From Candidatus Nanohaloarchaea archaeon (GTDB lineage: Archaea; Nanohalarchaeota; Nanosalinia; Nanosalinales; Nanosalinaceae): a stretch of 64,000 nucleotides of DNA. The stretch is from assembly GCA_042217575.1 (NCBI GenBank), contig JBDGSK010000014.1, forward strand, positions 10,930-74,929. The letters are read 5' to 3'. Positions 28,351-37,298 of the stretch are shown here, in pieces; position 1 is the first letter of the stretch; each line of letters begins with the position of its first letter. The notes under the pieces were generated by a model. The model saw only the letters and a list, made by a program, of their open reading frames with translations, was not told the DNA's origin and made no database searches. Both the position numbers and the translations under genes were made by a program.

Positions 28351-28358
28351 TTATATAT
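28351..28358 (-). promoter_or_regulatory. TATA box in divergent intergenic region
   Basis: TTATATAT lies 24-31 nt upstream of ATG 28327 on the minus strand, in the 87-nt gap between divergent genes. Confidence 0.4.
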
Positions 28359-28414
28359 GAGGTTCTGAGAACTTTACCTGAGGGGCTCAGAGGGGGAGTA
28401 ACGCGAGACCCGAG

Positions 28415-28714
28415 ATGCGGAAAACAAGGATAAAGAAGGTGGCTTACCAGAACACTCTTTTGGCCCTCTTAGGCGTTACCAGAGCCTTTGCGAAGGCTGA
28501 TGTCCATATACCTACGAAGTGGCTTGCCTTTCTTGACAGTCTGAGAGCGTCTTCTGAGATGCTGCACATGAAGCTTTCCGCGATAGATGAAGATGTCGAG
28601 GACGAATTCATATGGAGGGAGGAGATGATTGAGAAACGTCTGGGCGTGGAGCCTTTCTACAGCGAGGAAGAGCTCGAAGAGCTCAAGGAGAACCGGGAAA
28701 GGATCAAGGTCTGA
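28415..28714 (+). CDS. hypothetical protein
   Basis: This 99-aa ORF has an ATG start and an acidic C-terminal half. I recognise no motif. Confidence 0.45.
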   Translation: MRKTRIKKVAYQNTLLALLGVTRAFAKADVHIPTKWLAFLDSLRASSEMLHMKLSAIDEDVEDEFIWREEMIEKRLGVEPFYSEEELEELKENRERIKV

Positions 28715-28717
28715 GAT

Positions 28718-30010
28718 TTACAGTCCCATGCCCCGGAGCATCTCCTGCATGTTGCCGCGCTTCATCGACTTCTCGTCGAACTTGTCAACCATGTTCTTCG
28801 TCTGTCGATAATGCTTTATCAGGTCACGAACCTCGCTGCGGGTTGTTCCGGATCCTTCAGCGATTCTTCCTGCACGAGACTTTCCTATGATCGAGGGGTC
28901 CTGGCGCTCCTCGACAGTCATCGAGTCCATTATGACCGAGTACTTTTCGACTTTTTCTTCTGTCATCTGCGAGAGATTGTCGGGAACCTTATTGCCGCCG
29001 AACGGCAGCTGATCCATAAGGTCTTCCATCATTCCTGAACCGGTTACTGACTCTATCTGGTTCCTGAAGTCTTCCAGTGTGAAGTCTCCTTCCAGGATCT
29101 CTTCCGGGTCGGTTTCCATCTCCTCGACTTTTTCCAGCAGCGATTCAAGGTCTTTCTGGCCCAGCATCTCTCCAACGAAGTCGACCGGGTCGTAGAGTTC
29201 CAGGTCGTCCATCTTTTCGCCGGTTCCAATGAACTTGATGCGGGCGCCGGAACGCTGGCATGCGACCAGGGCTCCGCCTCCCTTCGCTGACGAGTCCATC
29301 TTGGTGACTACTACACCAGTTATACCGACAGCTTCATCGAACTTTTCCGCCTGTTCCGAGGCGCTCTGTCCGATGTCTGCCGGCATCACGAGATATTTTT
29401 CCTCCGGTTCGAACACCCGGTCGATCTCCGCGAGTTCTTCCTGAAGTTCGTCGTCCAGCGAGTCTCTGCCCGCAGAGTCAACTATAGTTACATCGGCGTC
29501 AATCTTCTCCATGCCGTTCTTTACGACCCTGGCAGGATCTTCCGCGTCTTTCTCGCCGTAGAACTCAGCCTCGACATCTTCTGCAACCTGTTCCAGCTGG
29601 TCGTAAGCCGCGGGCCTGTCGGTGTCGGCGCAGATCACGCCTACCTTCATCCCGCGCTTTCTGTAGTAGTCGGCAATTTTTCCGGCTGTAGTCGTTTTAC
29701 CTGCACCGTAGAGTCCGCACAGAAGTACGTTCTTCGGTTCGACTTCTTCCTCGGCGGCTTCGCCGAGCAGTTCTTCAAGTTTCTCGTATACTATCTGGAG
29801 AACGTGTTCCTTCCGTGTGACGCCGCTGGGTTTATCATCTTTCAGCGCTTCCTCCCTGATCTCGTCGCTGAGTTCGGAGACTAACGCCACGTCTACGTCG
29901 GCGCGGATAAGGTCGCGCTGGATGTCGTTGACAAGCTGTTCTACTGCCTCTTCATCCGCGACGCTCTTCGAGGAGAACTTCTGCACTGACTCCCTGATTT
30001 TGTCGAACAT
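28718..30010 (-). CDS. srp54: signal recognition particle protein SRP54
   Basis: It has an N domain, G-domain motifs GLYGAGKTT, DTDRPAA and DSAGR, and a Met-rich M domain. Confidence 0.95.
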   Translation of the reverse strand: MFDKIRESVQKFSSKSVADEEAVEQLVNDIQRDLIRADVDVALVSELSDEIREEALKDDKPSGVTRKEHVLQIVYEKLEELLGEAAEEEVEPKNVLLCGLYGAGKTTTAGKIADYYRKRGMKVGVICADTDRPAAYDQLEQVAEDVEAEFYGEKDAEDPARVVKNGMEKIDADVTIVDSAGRDSLDDELQEELAEIDRVFEPEEKYLVMPADIGQSASEQAEKFDEAVGITGVVVTKMDSSAKGGGALVACQRSGARIKFIGTGEKMDDLELYDPVDFVGEMLGQKDLESLLEKVEEMETDPEEILEGDFTLEDFRNQIESVTGSGMMEDLMDQLPFGGNKVPDNLSQMTEEKVEKYSVIMDSMTVEERQDPSIIGKSRAGRIAEGSGTTRSEVRDLIKHYRQTKNMVDKFDEKSMKRGNMQEMLRGMGL

Positions 30011-30050
30011 ACTCTGTCTTTCACCTCGAACGGTTAAAACGGCTTTGGAA

Positions 30051-30380
30051 TCAGAACCTCCAGTAAGCGTTGAACGTCAGTCCCGCGGCAACACCTAATA
30101 ACAGCCCTCCTCCCGCGAAAACTCCTGAGCTGTAGAAGTCAAGTCCGAGCAACGCTCCGAGCACGAACCCGACGGCTGCGAACTGTACTCCGGCTGCGAA
30201 CGGGTTTTTCAGGAGGGATAAGCTTTTCCACAGTCTTTCGCCGTCCATCGCGTAGTAGGAAATCCCGAGCGTCAAAGCAGTAGCGGCTGCCGCGGTTACA
30301 GCCCCGGAAGCAGTGTAGCTTCTCGCCGCGACGATTAAGGTTGCGACGGAGACCATGGTTTTAGTCTTTCTGTCGTCCAT
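30051..30380 (-). CDS. hypothetical small membrane protein
   Basis: The 109-aa protein is Gly/Ala-rich with about 4 hydrophobic segments. Confidence 0.5.
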   Translation of the reverse strand: MDDRKTKTMVSVATLIVAARSYTASGAVTAAAATALTLGISYYAMDGERLWKSLSLLKNPFAAGVQFAAVGFVLGALLGLDFYSSGVFAGGGLLLGVAAGLTFNAYWRF

Positions 30381-30436
30381 GGAACCGGTTGAAGGGTCAA
30401 AGGGATAAAAGAGTTTCAGTTCCTTTCTCTGTTTGT

Positions 30437-31291
30437 ATGGAGTTCTCCCTGCGAAGAGTCGGAGAGGAAAATATCTACTACTATGACTCGGGGCGTGAGT
30501 CGTCGCTCCAGCTTGTCTTCCTCCCCGGCAGTCTCAACCCGGGGCTCTGGAAGCACCAGCTCCGGTATTTTTCGAAGAAGTACCGGACTATCAGCTTCAG
30601 GCCGACGGAAAGCAGCAGGGACTTCGCAGGCGAAAAAGAAGCACTTGAAAACGTTCTATCGCAGAAGGATGTGGATAACGTGGTGCTTGTCTCCAACGTT
30701 TTCGGGAATCCTCTTGCACAGGAGTTCGAGTCGCACGAAAAAGTCATGTCGACAGTGCTGACCGGAGCACTCCGCGGCGATACGATGCTTGTCTCAAAAA
30801 GCTTCTACCGGGTTTTCAGAGGCGTCATAGTTAAGAAGCCCAAGCTGCTGAAAAAGCTTCTTTTCTCGGACTCGACCGATTACAGGATTGTCAAGGAGTT
30901 CGCGCAGGAGCTTGAAGCCCCGGATTTCAGCGATCTCATGAGTTTTGCGGAGCGTTACAGTGTCAGCCCGCCTTCCAAGAACTCGATGATAGTGTACTCG
31001 GAAAACGACCCTCTCTCATCTATCCCGTTCTCAGCGAAGACGGACAAGACCTCGCTCAGTTACATCAAGCGAGCAGGAACTTTCAGCTTCTACGAGAAGC
31101 CGCAGGAGTACAACAAGGCGTTGCACGATTTCCTCACGCGGCTGGAAGGCCTGGTCGAGGAAGAGGAGATCGAGAAGGCAAGAAAGAGGAACCGTTCCCT
31201 GCTGGAGTTTGAAGAAGAGGATAAGTCCTCCACGGACTCCGGGCAGAAAATGTTATCGGAAAAAGATAGGGAAAAGGTGAAGATCAGATGA
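30437..31291 (+). CDS. alpha/beta-hydrolase-fold protein
   Basis: ATG 30437 (MEFSLRR...) replaces the track start at TTG 30389. An LVFLPGSLNPGLW oxyanion-loop-like segment is typical of abhydrolases. There is no clear GxSxG nucleophile elbow (VSNVFGN at the expected place), so catalytic status is unclear. Confidence 0.55.
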   Translation: MEFSLRRVGEENIYYYDSGRESSLQLVFLPGSLNPGLWKHQLRYFSKKYRTISFRPTESSRDFAGEKEALENVLSQKDVDNVVLVSNVFGNPLAQEFESHEKVMSTVLTGALRGDTMLVSKSFYRVFRGVIVKKPKLLKKLLFSDSTDYRIVKEFAQELEAPDFSDLMSFAERYSVSPPSKNSMIVYSENDPLSSIPFSAKTDKTSLSYIKRAGTFSFYEKPQEYNKALHDFLTRLEGLVEEEEIEKARKRNRSLLEFEEEDKSSTDSGQKMLSEKDREKVKIR

Positions 31292-31818
31292 TAGCAGGCC
31301 TGGTACTCAGCGATTCCGAAGAGGTCGAATCAGCCCTGGCCTTCTTCGGCGAAGACAGCGTGGAAACCTTTTCGGTACTTGAAACAGAGAAGATCGTAGA
31401 CGAAATCTGTGAGCGGGAGCCGGACGTTCTCGCGGTCGATACCGGTGCAGAGGTCCGGAAAGACCTGACGGAGAACGAGGAGGAACTGAAGGAGGAAGGT
31501 TTCATGTTTACACCGTCTTCCATGGAGAAAAAGAAGGTGAAGCGTTTCCAGGCAATCCAGAGGACTGTAAATCACAGGACAGGAACCGGCGTGGAGTTTA
31601 TCCGTTTCGACCCGCATATTTCCTCGGAGGAACTTGCCGCAGACACAGAGGATGCACTGGAGTCGTACGGGGTCGACACGTCAACTCTTGACTCCTCACG
31701 GGAGTTCGATGCACTTCTTGGCGCGGTCACCGCGCGGTTCTACCAGCAGGGAGACGTCCGCGACTTCGGCATTATAGTCCCCGGAGAGACCGGTGAGGAC
31801 GACACCAAAAAAGCTTAA
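31288..31818 (+). CDS. hypothetical acidic protein
   Basis: This 176-aa ORF has an ATGA overlap with the upstream gene. It shows a faint resemblance to DUF429/COG2410 RNase-H-fold proteins (PDVLAVDTGAE), which I could not verify. Confidence 0.5.
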   Translation: MIAGLVLSDSEEVESALAFFGEDSVETFSVLETEKIVDEICEREPDVLAVDTGAEVRKDLTENEEELKEEGFMFTPSSMEKKKVKRFQAIQRTVNHRTGTGVEFIRFDPHISSEELAADTEDALESYGVDTSTLDSSREFDALLGAVTARFYQQGDVRDFGIIVPGETGEDDTKKA

Positions 31819-31857
31819 AAGAGTTTTACGAGCAATTGGTGAATACAGGTTCTGGAA

Positions 31858-32199
31858 ATGGGCATGGAAAAATTCTACAGGACGGTACGGAAGACCTTCG
31901 GGATCGAAAAAGAGCAGATGAAGGAAGAGGTAAAAGAGGAAGTCACGGAAGAACTGCAGGAAGAGTTCGCCGAGGAGATCTCGTACATCGAGGCCCAGAT
32001 GAAGGAGTACGAGCAGTTCGTCGCCGAGATCAATCACATGTTGTCCAAGATGCGGAAGGAACGCATCAAGTCGACAAACACTTCAGGACAGGTCAAGATG
32101 GATCAGTTTGACGACGATCTCGCCCCGCTGAAGTCCAAGCTGAAAGAGCTTGAAGAGTCCATGGAGAAGAGACTCGAAGAGCAGAAAGCCTACAGCTGA
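31858..32199 (+). CDS. hypothetical coiled-coil protein
   Basis: The 113-aa protein is E/K-rich with heptad-like composition. Confidence 0.45.
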   Translation: MGMEKFYRTVRKTFGIEKEQMKEEVKEEVTEELQEEFAEEISYIEAQMKEYEQFVAEINHMLSKMRKERIKSTNTSGQVKMDQFDDDLAPLKSKLKELEESMEKRLEEQKAYS

Positions 32200-32202
32200 A
32201 GG

Positions 32203-33093
32203 TCAATCCAGGAGCTGGGCGACAAACTTTTCCGCGTCAAACTCTTTCAGGTCGCTGTAGTCCTGCCCGGTTCCGAGGTAGGCGACAGGCTTCCCAGACT
32301 TTTTTGCTATCGAGACAGTGGCACCGCCTTTTTCATCCACGTCAGTCTTGGCGACTATAACCGCGTCAAACATGCCTTCATAAGCCTCTGCCTGTTCTAC
32401 AACATCGTTGCCGGCAAGTGCGTCGACAACGAGAAACGTAACATCAGGTTCGTTGACACGTATCATCTTTTCCAGCTCGTCCATCAGGTTGGTATCGCTG
32501 TGTGAACGTCCAGCGGTGTCAACGACAGCGGTTTTTCCCTCATTCCCGGCGTGTTCCACCGCGTCGTACGCGACCGCTGCAGGGTCGCTCTCGTATTCGT
32601 GGGCTATGACCTCTACGTCAAGTGCTTCGCCGTGTTCCTGTAACTGTTCGATCGATGCGGCCCGGAACGTATCTCCTGCACCGAGAACAGTTTCACGGCC
32701 GTTTTCTTCGAGCTTCCTGGCAAGTTTGGCGGCCGTCGTAGTCTTTCCGCTGCCGTTGAAACCTATCAGGAACACGACCGGCGGCTCTTCAGCGGCTTCA
32801 AGCTCTTCTTCAAGCTTAAAGCTGTCGTCGAGTATGTCGAGTAGAACCTGTTCGACCGCCTCATCTACAGCTTGCTCGACGCGGCCTCTCCGTACTTTCT
32901 CCCCTGCCAGTCTTTCAGTAACCTGTTCCTCTATCTGTTCCGCGGCTTCAAGCGAGACGTTGCTCTTCAGAAGTTTTAGCCTTAATTTTTCGGTCAGTGG
33001 CGCCAGAGTTTCCTCGTCAAGCTCTTTCTCTGCTACGGTCGACTTTACGTCTTCAGAAAAATCTTTTACAGCGTCCCTGAAGCTGTCGAACAT
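32203..33093 (-). CDS. ftsY: signal recognition particle receptor FtsY
   Basis: G-domain motifs GFNGSGKTTTAAKLA, GDTFRAASIEQL and DTAGR are present. Confidence 0.9.
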   Translation of the reverse strand: MFDSFRDAVKDFSEDVKSTVAEKELDEETLAPLTEKLRLKLLKSNVSLEAAEQIEEQVTERLAGEKVRRGRVEQAVDEAVEQVLLDILDDSFKLEEELEAAEEPPVVFLIGFNGSGKTTTAAKLARKLEENGRETVLGAGDTFRAASIEQLQEHGEALDVEVIAHEYESDPAAVAYDAVEHAGNEGKTAVVDTAGRSHSDTNLMDELEKMIRVNEPDVTFLVVDALAGNDVVEQAEAYEGMFDAVIVAKTDVDEKGGATVSIAKKSGKPVAYLGTGQDYSDLKEFDAEKFVAQLLD

Positions 33094-33096
33094 CTG

Positions 33097-33504
33097 TCAA
33101 CCCTGACGGGCCTGCTGGAGTTTTTGCTGCAGTTCCTGCATTTCGCCCTGAAGATCCTGGATCGTGTCCTGCAGCTGGTCGCGAGTATCCTCCATATCTT
33201 CCTTCCTCTCTCCGAGAACTCGTTCCGCTTCTTCGAGCGTCTTCTTCTCGTAGGATTCCGCGCCTATGTTGGTGACGACTTTCTCGTTTTCCTTGAGCTC
33301 CGCCACCGCGAAAACTCCTGAGCCGATCGGAACCAGTGTTTCGCTGCCGACTTCCTGATCCTCTAGGTCTCCTACAGCGCCTTTCGTCTCCTCGAGTTCT
33401 TCTATATTGTCCTGGACGCGCTGAATGTACTCCTGCACCTGTTCCATCTGCTGCTGGATCTGCTGGTATTTCTGCATTGCTTCGCGCTGTTCCTGCTCGT
33501 CCAT
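33097..33504 (-). CDS. pfdA: prefoldin alpha subunit
   Basis: The layout is coiled coil, beta hairpins, coiled coil. Its position between rplX and ftsY is conserved. Confidence 0.8.
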   Translation of the reverse strand: MDEQEQREAMQKYQQIQQQMEQVQEYIQRVQDNIEELEETKGAVGDLEDQEVGSETLVPIGSGVFAVAELKENEKVVTNIGAESYEKKTLEEAERVLGERKEDMEDTRDQLQDTIQDLQGEMQELQQKLQQARQG

Positions 33505-33680
33505 CAGACTTCACCGCTTTCCTCTATCTCGACTCTGCTCCTGTTTACAGAATGTTCGCTGCAGAGCTGAGAGTAGAGCTTGTCTTCCGCGTGTTTCTCG
33601 GATTCGGCCTCGATCTCTCTTTCGAAAGGCTGTACGCCTTTCCCGAGGCTGATTTTGCCGGCGAAACTGTATGTTGTCAT
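33504..33680 (-). CDS. rplX: 50S ribosomal protein LX (L18Ae/L20A family)
   Basis: ATG 33680 gives the 58-aa MTTYSFAGKISLGKGVQPFEREIEAESEKHAEDKLYSQLCSEHSVNRSRVEIEE, which matches the LX pattern. It has an ATGA overlap with pfdA and lies downstream of eif6. Confidence 0.65.
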   Translation of the reverse strand: MTTYSFAGKISLGKGVQPFEREIEAESEKHAEDKLYSQLCSEHSVNRSRVEIEESGEV

Positions 33681-33720
33681 AGGTTTACCGGCGCGGTTGA
33701 AGCTTTTAAACCCAACGAAT

Positions 33721-34362
33721 TCAGTGGTCGACCAGTACACGGTCTATGCGGCCGAGTTCTGGGCCTGTAGTGTCGCCTCCCATGAGAATCGTGGAGTTGT
33801 TGCCGACTATCCCGGTGCCGATGTAGGGCGAACCCATGTTGACTGTTCCGATATCAGCTTTTTCCACATCGAGCGCGTTCCTGATCGTCTCCGCCTCTTC
33901 CCCGGCGGCATCTCTGTGGAGGAGAACGCCGCTGGAGTTCGCGAAACCGCATGCGCCCGGGTTCGTTATACCTGCAACAGAAGCGATCTTGACCGGTACT
34001 TCGAGGGCCTCGCTGATCTCCTCCCTCTTTCCGGAAAGTTTCTCGCTGACGATGGCGCCGTTCTCGTTGGCAAGGATCAGGTTTCCAAGCGCGTTCTCAC
34101 GGGCTTCAATAATGTGGTATTCGACACCAGCGTCCCCAAGTTTTTCGAGTTCACGTTCCTTGGCGGAGTCAGGCACAAGAAGGCAGTTAGAATTTCCGGC
34201 GGTGAAAAGTCCTACGAGGCGCGTGCCAGCGATCCTGGTCTCGACCTGTTCAACCTCTGTCTCTGCCTTGAAGTCTATCGGCACAGCAGCGTAGGAGTCG
34301 GTGAGTGTGGCGTAGAGACCTATATTGATGTCTCCACGGTAGTTGTATCGTTCTACGTTCAT
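33721..34362 (-). CDS. eif6: translation initiation factor 6 (aIF6)
   Basis: The 213-aa protein has a pentein-like repeat and GSPYIGTGIVGNNSTILMG. It lies in the conserved r-protein neighbourhood. Confidence 0.9.
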   Translation of the reverse strand: MNVERYNYRGDINIGLYATLTDSYAAVPIDFKAETEVEQVETRIAGTRLVGLFTAGNSNCLLVPDSAKERELEKLGDAGVEYHIIEARENALGNLILANENGAIVSEKLSGKREEISEALEVPVKIASVAGITNPGACGFANSSGVLLHRDAAGEEAETIRNALDVEKADIGTVNMGSPYIGTGIVGNNSTILMGGDTTGPELGRIDRVLVDH

Positions 34363-34384
34363 CTTATCGAGAAGGAGGAAATAG

Positions 34385-34558
34385 TTACTCGTCCGTATCG
34401 TTGCGTCTCCAGTGCCTGCTCTTCCGCGGCTTTATCGACTTCTTGCGTGCCTTGTCGATTCCGTAGGCCTTGATCGATACCCATCTTGGCGCGGATTTCG
34501 CGGTCTTGTTGGCCTTTGCAAGCCTCTTCTTCTTTCCCTTGGACTTGTTCGAACTCAT
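34385..34558 (-). CDS. rpl39e: 50S ribosomal protein L39e
   Basis: This gene is not in the ORF track because it is under 60 aa. My manual translation gives MSSNKSKGKKKRLAKANKTAKSAPRWVSIKAYGIDKARKKSIKPRKSRHWRRNDTDE (57 aa). That is an L39e-like basic protein in the expected position. Confidence 0.8.
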   Translation of the reverse strand: MSSNKSKGKKKRLAKANKTAKSAPRWVSIKAYGIDKARKKSIKPRKSRHWRRNDTDE

Positions 34559-34567
34559 GTTTCCTTC

Positions 34568-34894
34568 TCACCTCCTGAACTTTATATCGGGTTCGCTTCC
34601 TTTCTGATCCTGAACCGATTTCAGTATGCTTTTCATCTGTTCCTCATCAACTTTTTCGATCCGACCGGATTTTCCAAGCGTTGCTATCTGGCGTGCGACC
34701 GCGAGCGCCAGTCTCTCGTTCGCCGCTTTTACGTTTGCGAGCCGCGACTTTGCGTCCGGTGACATATACTGCTTGGCCTGGCTCCAGACCTGGTTTTTTC
34801 TCTCCTCCGCCCGGGTCTCCTGATCCTCTTCGCCTTCCTGTATCTCGCGGAGTTTTTCCTCTTTCAGCTTCTCTATCTCGTCTTCGTCAGGCAT
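34568..34894 (-). CDS. PDCD5/TFAR19-like double-stranded DNA-binding protein
   Basis: It has an acidic N-terminus followed by RLANVKAANERLALAVARQIATL. Its position between rps19e and rpl39e is conserved. Confidence 0.75.
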   Translation of the reverse strand: MPDEDEIEKLKEEKLREIQEGEEDQETRAEERKNQVWSQAKQYMSPDAKSRLANVKAANERLALAVARQIATLGKSGRIEKVDEEQMKSILKSVQDQKGSEPDIKFRR

Positions 34895-34900
34895 GAGTCT

Positions 34901-35311
34901 TTAAGCGAGGACGTCTTCGGCTTTTTGGTCAAGGAAGCTCTTTCCTTCTTCCGTAACCGTTCTGCCTTCGCCTTCCTCCAGCTCAAGGTATCCTGCCTCT
35001 TCGAGCTTCTGGAGCGCTGTTCTGATGACTTTGCCTGAAGCATCTTGATGATGTTCAGGGCCGTGGCCATTGTTCTTCCTGCCCCCGTATATTGTTCTGA
35101 GGCGGGATACTCCGAGCGGGCCGTCAATGTAGACCTTGCGGAGTACTGCGGCGCAACGGATGAAGTACCAGTCTTCCTGTTCAGGTGGTCGCTCCTTGTG
35201 CGAGCCAGTCTTTACGAAGTCAGTCCATTCAGGTTCCTCAATCTCATCTTTCAGTTCTTCTGCGACTTCCTTGATCAGCGGCTCGGCTTTTACGTCGTAT
35301 ACCGTTGTCAT
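34901..35311 (-). CDS. rps19e: 30S ribosomal protein S19e
   Basis: ATG 35311 gives [21 protein letters not shown]... It also has [30 protein letters not shown]. Confidence 0.9.
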   Translation of the reverse strand: MTTVYDVKAEPLIKEVAEELKDEIEEPEWTDFVKTGSHKERPPEQEDWYFIRCAAVLRKVYIDGPLGVSRLRTIYGGRKNNGHGPEHHQDASGKVIRTALQKLEEAGYLELEEGEGRTVTEEGKSFLDQKAEDVLA

Positions 35312-35354
35312 ACACACTGAAAGTAGGTCAAAAACTTTTAAATGAACTTGAGGG

Positions 35355-35678
35355 TTACCGGTTTCGCATCCAGTCCAGAAGCTCCCTGCTGAACCTCAGG
35401 TATCTGACCTTTTCCTTGCGGAAGCCGTAAGAGTTTTCATCAGTCACTGTCCTTTTCTCAGTCCGTTCTTCCTCGTCCAGAAGCCCGCGCTGCTTCAGGG
35501 ACTCAAGTTCGGTTTCGACCGCCAGTCCCGACCTCTGCTTCACCGTATCCATCGCCTCCTCGGGGAAACCTTCCTCTTCCAGCATCTCTACAGGGTCAGA
35601 ATCGTCGATCCGGGCGAGCTCCTCCGCGTATTCAAGCATCGCTTCCAGCAGGTCTTCTTCTCTACCGGACAGGTTCAT
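35355..35678 (-). CDS. small acidic protein, putative winged-helix partner (paralog of 35..397)
   Basis: This 107-aa ORF starts MNLS and has an ATGA overlap with 35675..36460. [11 protein letters not shown] followed by a basic segment resembles a wHTH recognition helix plus wing. Confidence 0.55.
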   Translation of the reverse strand: MNLSGREEDLLEAMLEYAEELARIDDSDPVEMLEEEGFPEEAMDTVKQRSGLAVETELESLKQRGLLDEEERTEKRTVTDENSYGFRKEKVRYLRFSRELLDWMRNR

Positions 35679-36460
35679 CTTTTCTCAAACTTTGCTTCTT
35701 CGACGTCGTTGATGAACTGCATGGTTTCGCCGTACTTTATGACGCCGGGCAGCATGAAATCGCTTATAGGCGCTCCAGGGTAAAGTTCGTTAAACCTCTT
35801 CGCGGCTATCTTCGACAGGGTCTTTTCCCGCTGCTCCTGGTAGCGGTTCAGCGCGGAGATGTAGTTCTGTTTGAGACCAGGTTTCACCGGTTTTTCCGAG
35901 GCCACTTCTCTTTTCGTGAGAAGCCGTCTCCGGCCAGGATAGCTTGGAAGACTTTCCTCGATTTCCTTCTCGAATGCTTCCTCCATGTCCTGGTAATCGC
36001 GCCAGGCGTTCGCGAACTGGGCTTTTTCCTGTCCCGAGATGTCGATGCCGTCAATCTTCTCCCGCGGCAGTTGCAGCGCGAACTGTTTGTAGGTCTTGCG
36101 TTCAAAACCGTCGTCGTTAGGCAGAACACCTCCCATCTCCTGCTGGAGTTTCAGCATCTTCCCATGCATCAGCAGTGAGGCCAGTTCTCCGGCTGTCATG
36201 CCCTCTGAGTAGGCAAGCACCACAGGTTCTTTGCCTGGATCCGTGATCCCTGCTTCCCGGAAAACCCGGTTCGCGGGCTGGTCATCGATCTCTGCTCTTC
36301 TTATCTTGTCCGCGCTATTCTCCAGGCCGGTGCCGAGAACGCGTTCGATCCCTTCAACATCCATCGACGTCAGATCGAATTCTTCCTCGAGAATTTTCTT
36401 CGACTCAGCATTCCAGCCTTTTCCGCGTTCAGAATCGTGGAGGACGGGCGCGTCTTCCAT
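35675..36460 (-). CDS. uncharacterized acidic protein, paralog family copy 2 (HExxH position degenerate)
   Basis: The 261-aa protein aligns with the other copies at WNAESKKILEEEFDLTS, VVLAYSEGMTAGELASLLMHGKM, TYKQFALQL and SDFMLPGVIKYGETMQFI. Confidence 0.65.
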   Translation of the reverse strand: MEDAPVLHDSERGKGWNAESKKILEEEFDLTSMDVEGIERVLGTGLENSADKIRRAEIDDQPANRVFREAGITDPGKEPVVLAYSEGMTAGELASLLMHGKMLKLQQEMGGVLPNDDGFERKTYKQFALQLPREKIDGIDISGQEKAQFANAWRDYQDMEEAFEKEIEESLPSYPGRRRLLTKREVASEKPVKPGLKQNYISALNRYQEQREKTLSKIAAKRFNELYPGAPISDFMLPGVIKYGETMQFINDVEEAKFEKR

Positions 36461-36515
36461 GTCGTTACATCCGGCTCGTAAAAATAAATAGGTTGTGGAG
36501 GAGAATAGAGTTTTT

Positions 36516-37271
36516 TCAGCGCCTGTCCTGGTTTCTCAGCGAGAACTTGAGGTCTTCGAAGCCCTTCATGTAGTAGAGCGCGTCCTTCGTGTCGTCTTCC
36601 TCCGGTACTATGAAGTCTGCGGCGCGGTAGCCCGGGAAGACTTCAAGGTTTCGGGCCGCTTTCCGCGTCAGTGTTTCGCGTCGGGCGCGGTGCTTGTCGA
36701 GTATCCTGTTTCGAAGCTTTTCCCGCGCCTCATCCTTTACTATGCGGGAGTTTTCTTCGTCAGTCTCCACGAACTCCTGGTAGAGGTTGTCAAAGCTTCG
36801 CGGGAAGCCATAGGTATGTGCTTTCTGCTTCGCGCCTTCGTACTTTGAAATGGCGTTGACTATGCGTTTTCGATGCGATGAGTTGAACTCTACGTCCTCG
36901 ACAGTGTCTCGAGCGACGAAGCCGACAAAGTCAAGGTAGAGCTGTGTGTCCCAGGGGTTCATGCCTGCGAGGAACGTTCCTACGCGGCCGTTCATCGAGT
37001 AGTTCATCGACTTGGCGATCGCTGCCTGGTGGGCGAGGTCGCCCTCCGAAAGTTCTCCGGAATAGGTCAGCGTAATCCTTCCATCGGAGCCGAGTTCCGT
37101 CCTTGCGGTAGTATAGTCTTTCTCCGTATCCTCGTTTATCGCGCCGAAAGTACCGTGCATCGACGTGCCTAACTCCTCTTCTATGTGTGATACCTGCTCC
37201 TCGGAGAAGTTGAGTGTATCGATAATCATCTGGCGAGAGTTCTCGTTCCACCCAAAGTCATCGGCAGCCAT
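36516..37271 (-). CDS. uncharacterized acidic protein, paralog family copy 3 (HExxH position degenerate)
   Basis: The 251-aa protein has GWNENSRQMIIDTLNFSEEQV, ITLTYSGELSEGDLAHQAAIAKSM, LYLDFVGFVA and ADFIVPEEDDTKDALYYM. Confidence 0.65.
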   Translation of the reverse strand: MAADDFGWNENSRQMIIDTLNFSEEQVSHIEEELGTSMHGTFGAINEDTEKDYTTARTELGSDGRITLTYSGELSEGDLAHQAAIAKSMNYSMNGRVGTFLAGMNPWDTQLYLDFVGFVARDTVEDVEFNSSHRKRIVNAISKYEGAKQKAHTYGFPRSFDNLYQEFVETDEENSRIVKDEAREKLRNRILDKHRARRETLTRKAARNLEVFPGYRAADFIVPEEDDTKDALYYMKGFEDLKFSLRNQDRR

Positions 37272-37298
37272 GTTGTTACTTCAAGCTCACAAGATTAT

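Noticed and set aside
33580-34473. 297-aa plus-strand ORF over eif6/rplX. Similar long antisense ORFs are 32408..33106, 26884..27582, 52154..52879, 47506..48225 and 5241..6095.
   Set aside because: All are antisense to genes with unambiguous conserved motifs (aIF6, FtsY, Pus10, ABC ATPase, GT4, HerA). All have atypical non-acidic composition.
34359-34571. 70-aa ORF from the track between eif6 and the PDCD5-like gene
   Set aside because: It is replaced by the overlapping 57-aa L39e frame (34385..34558). That frame has a recognisable ribosomal-protein sequence and the expected genomic position.
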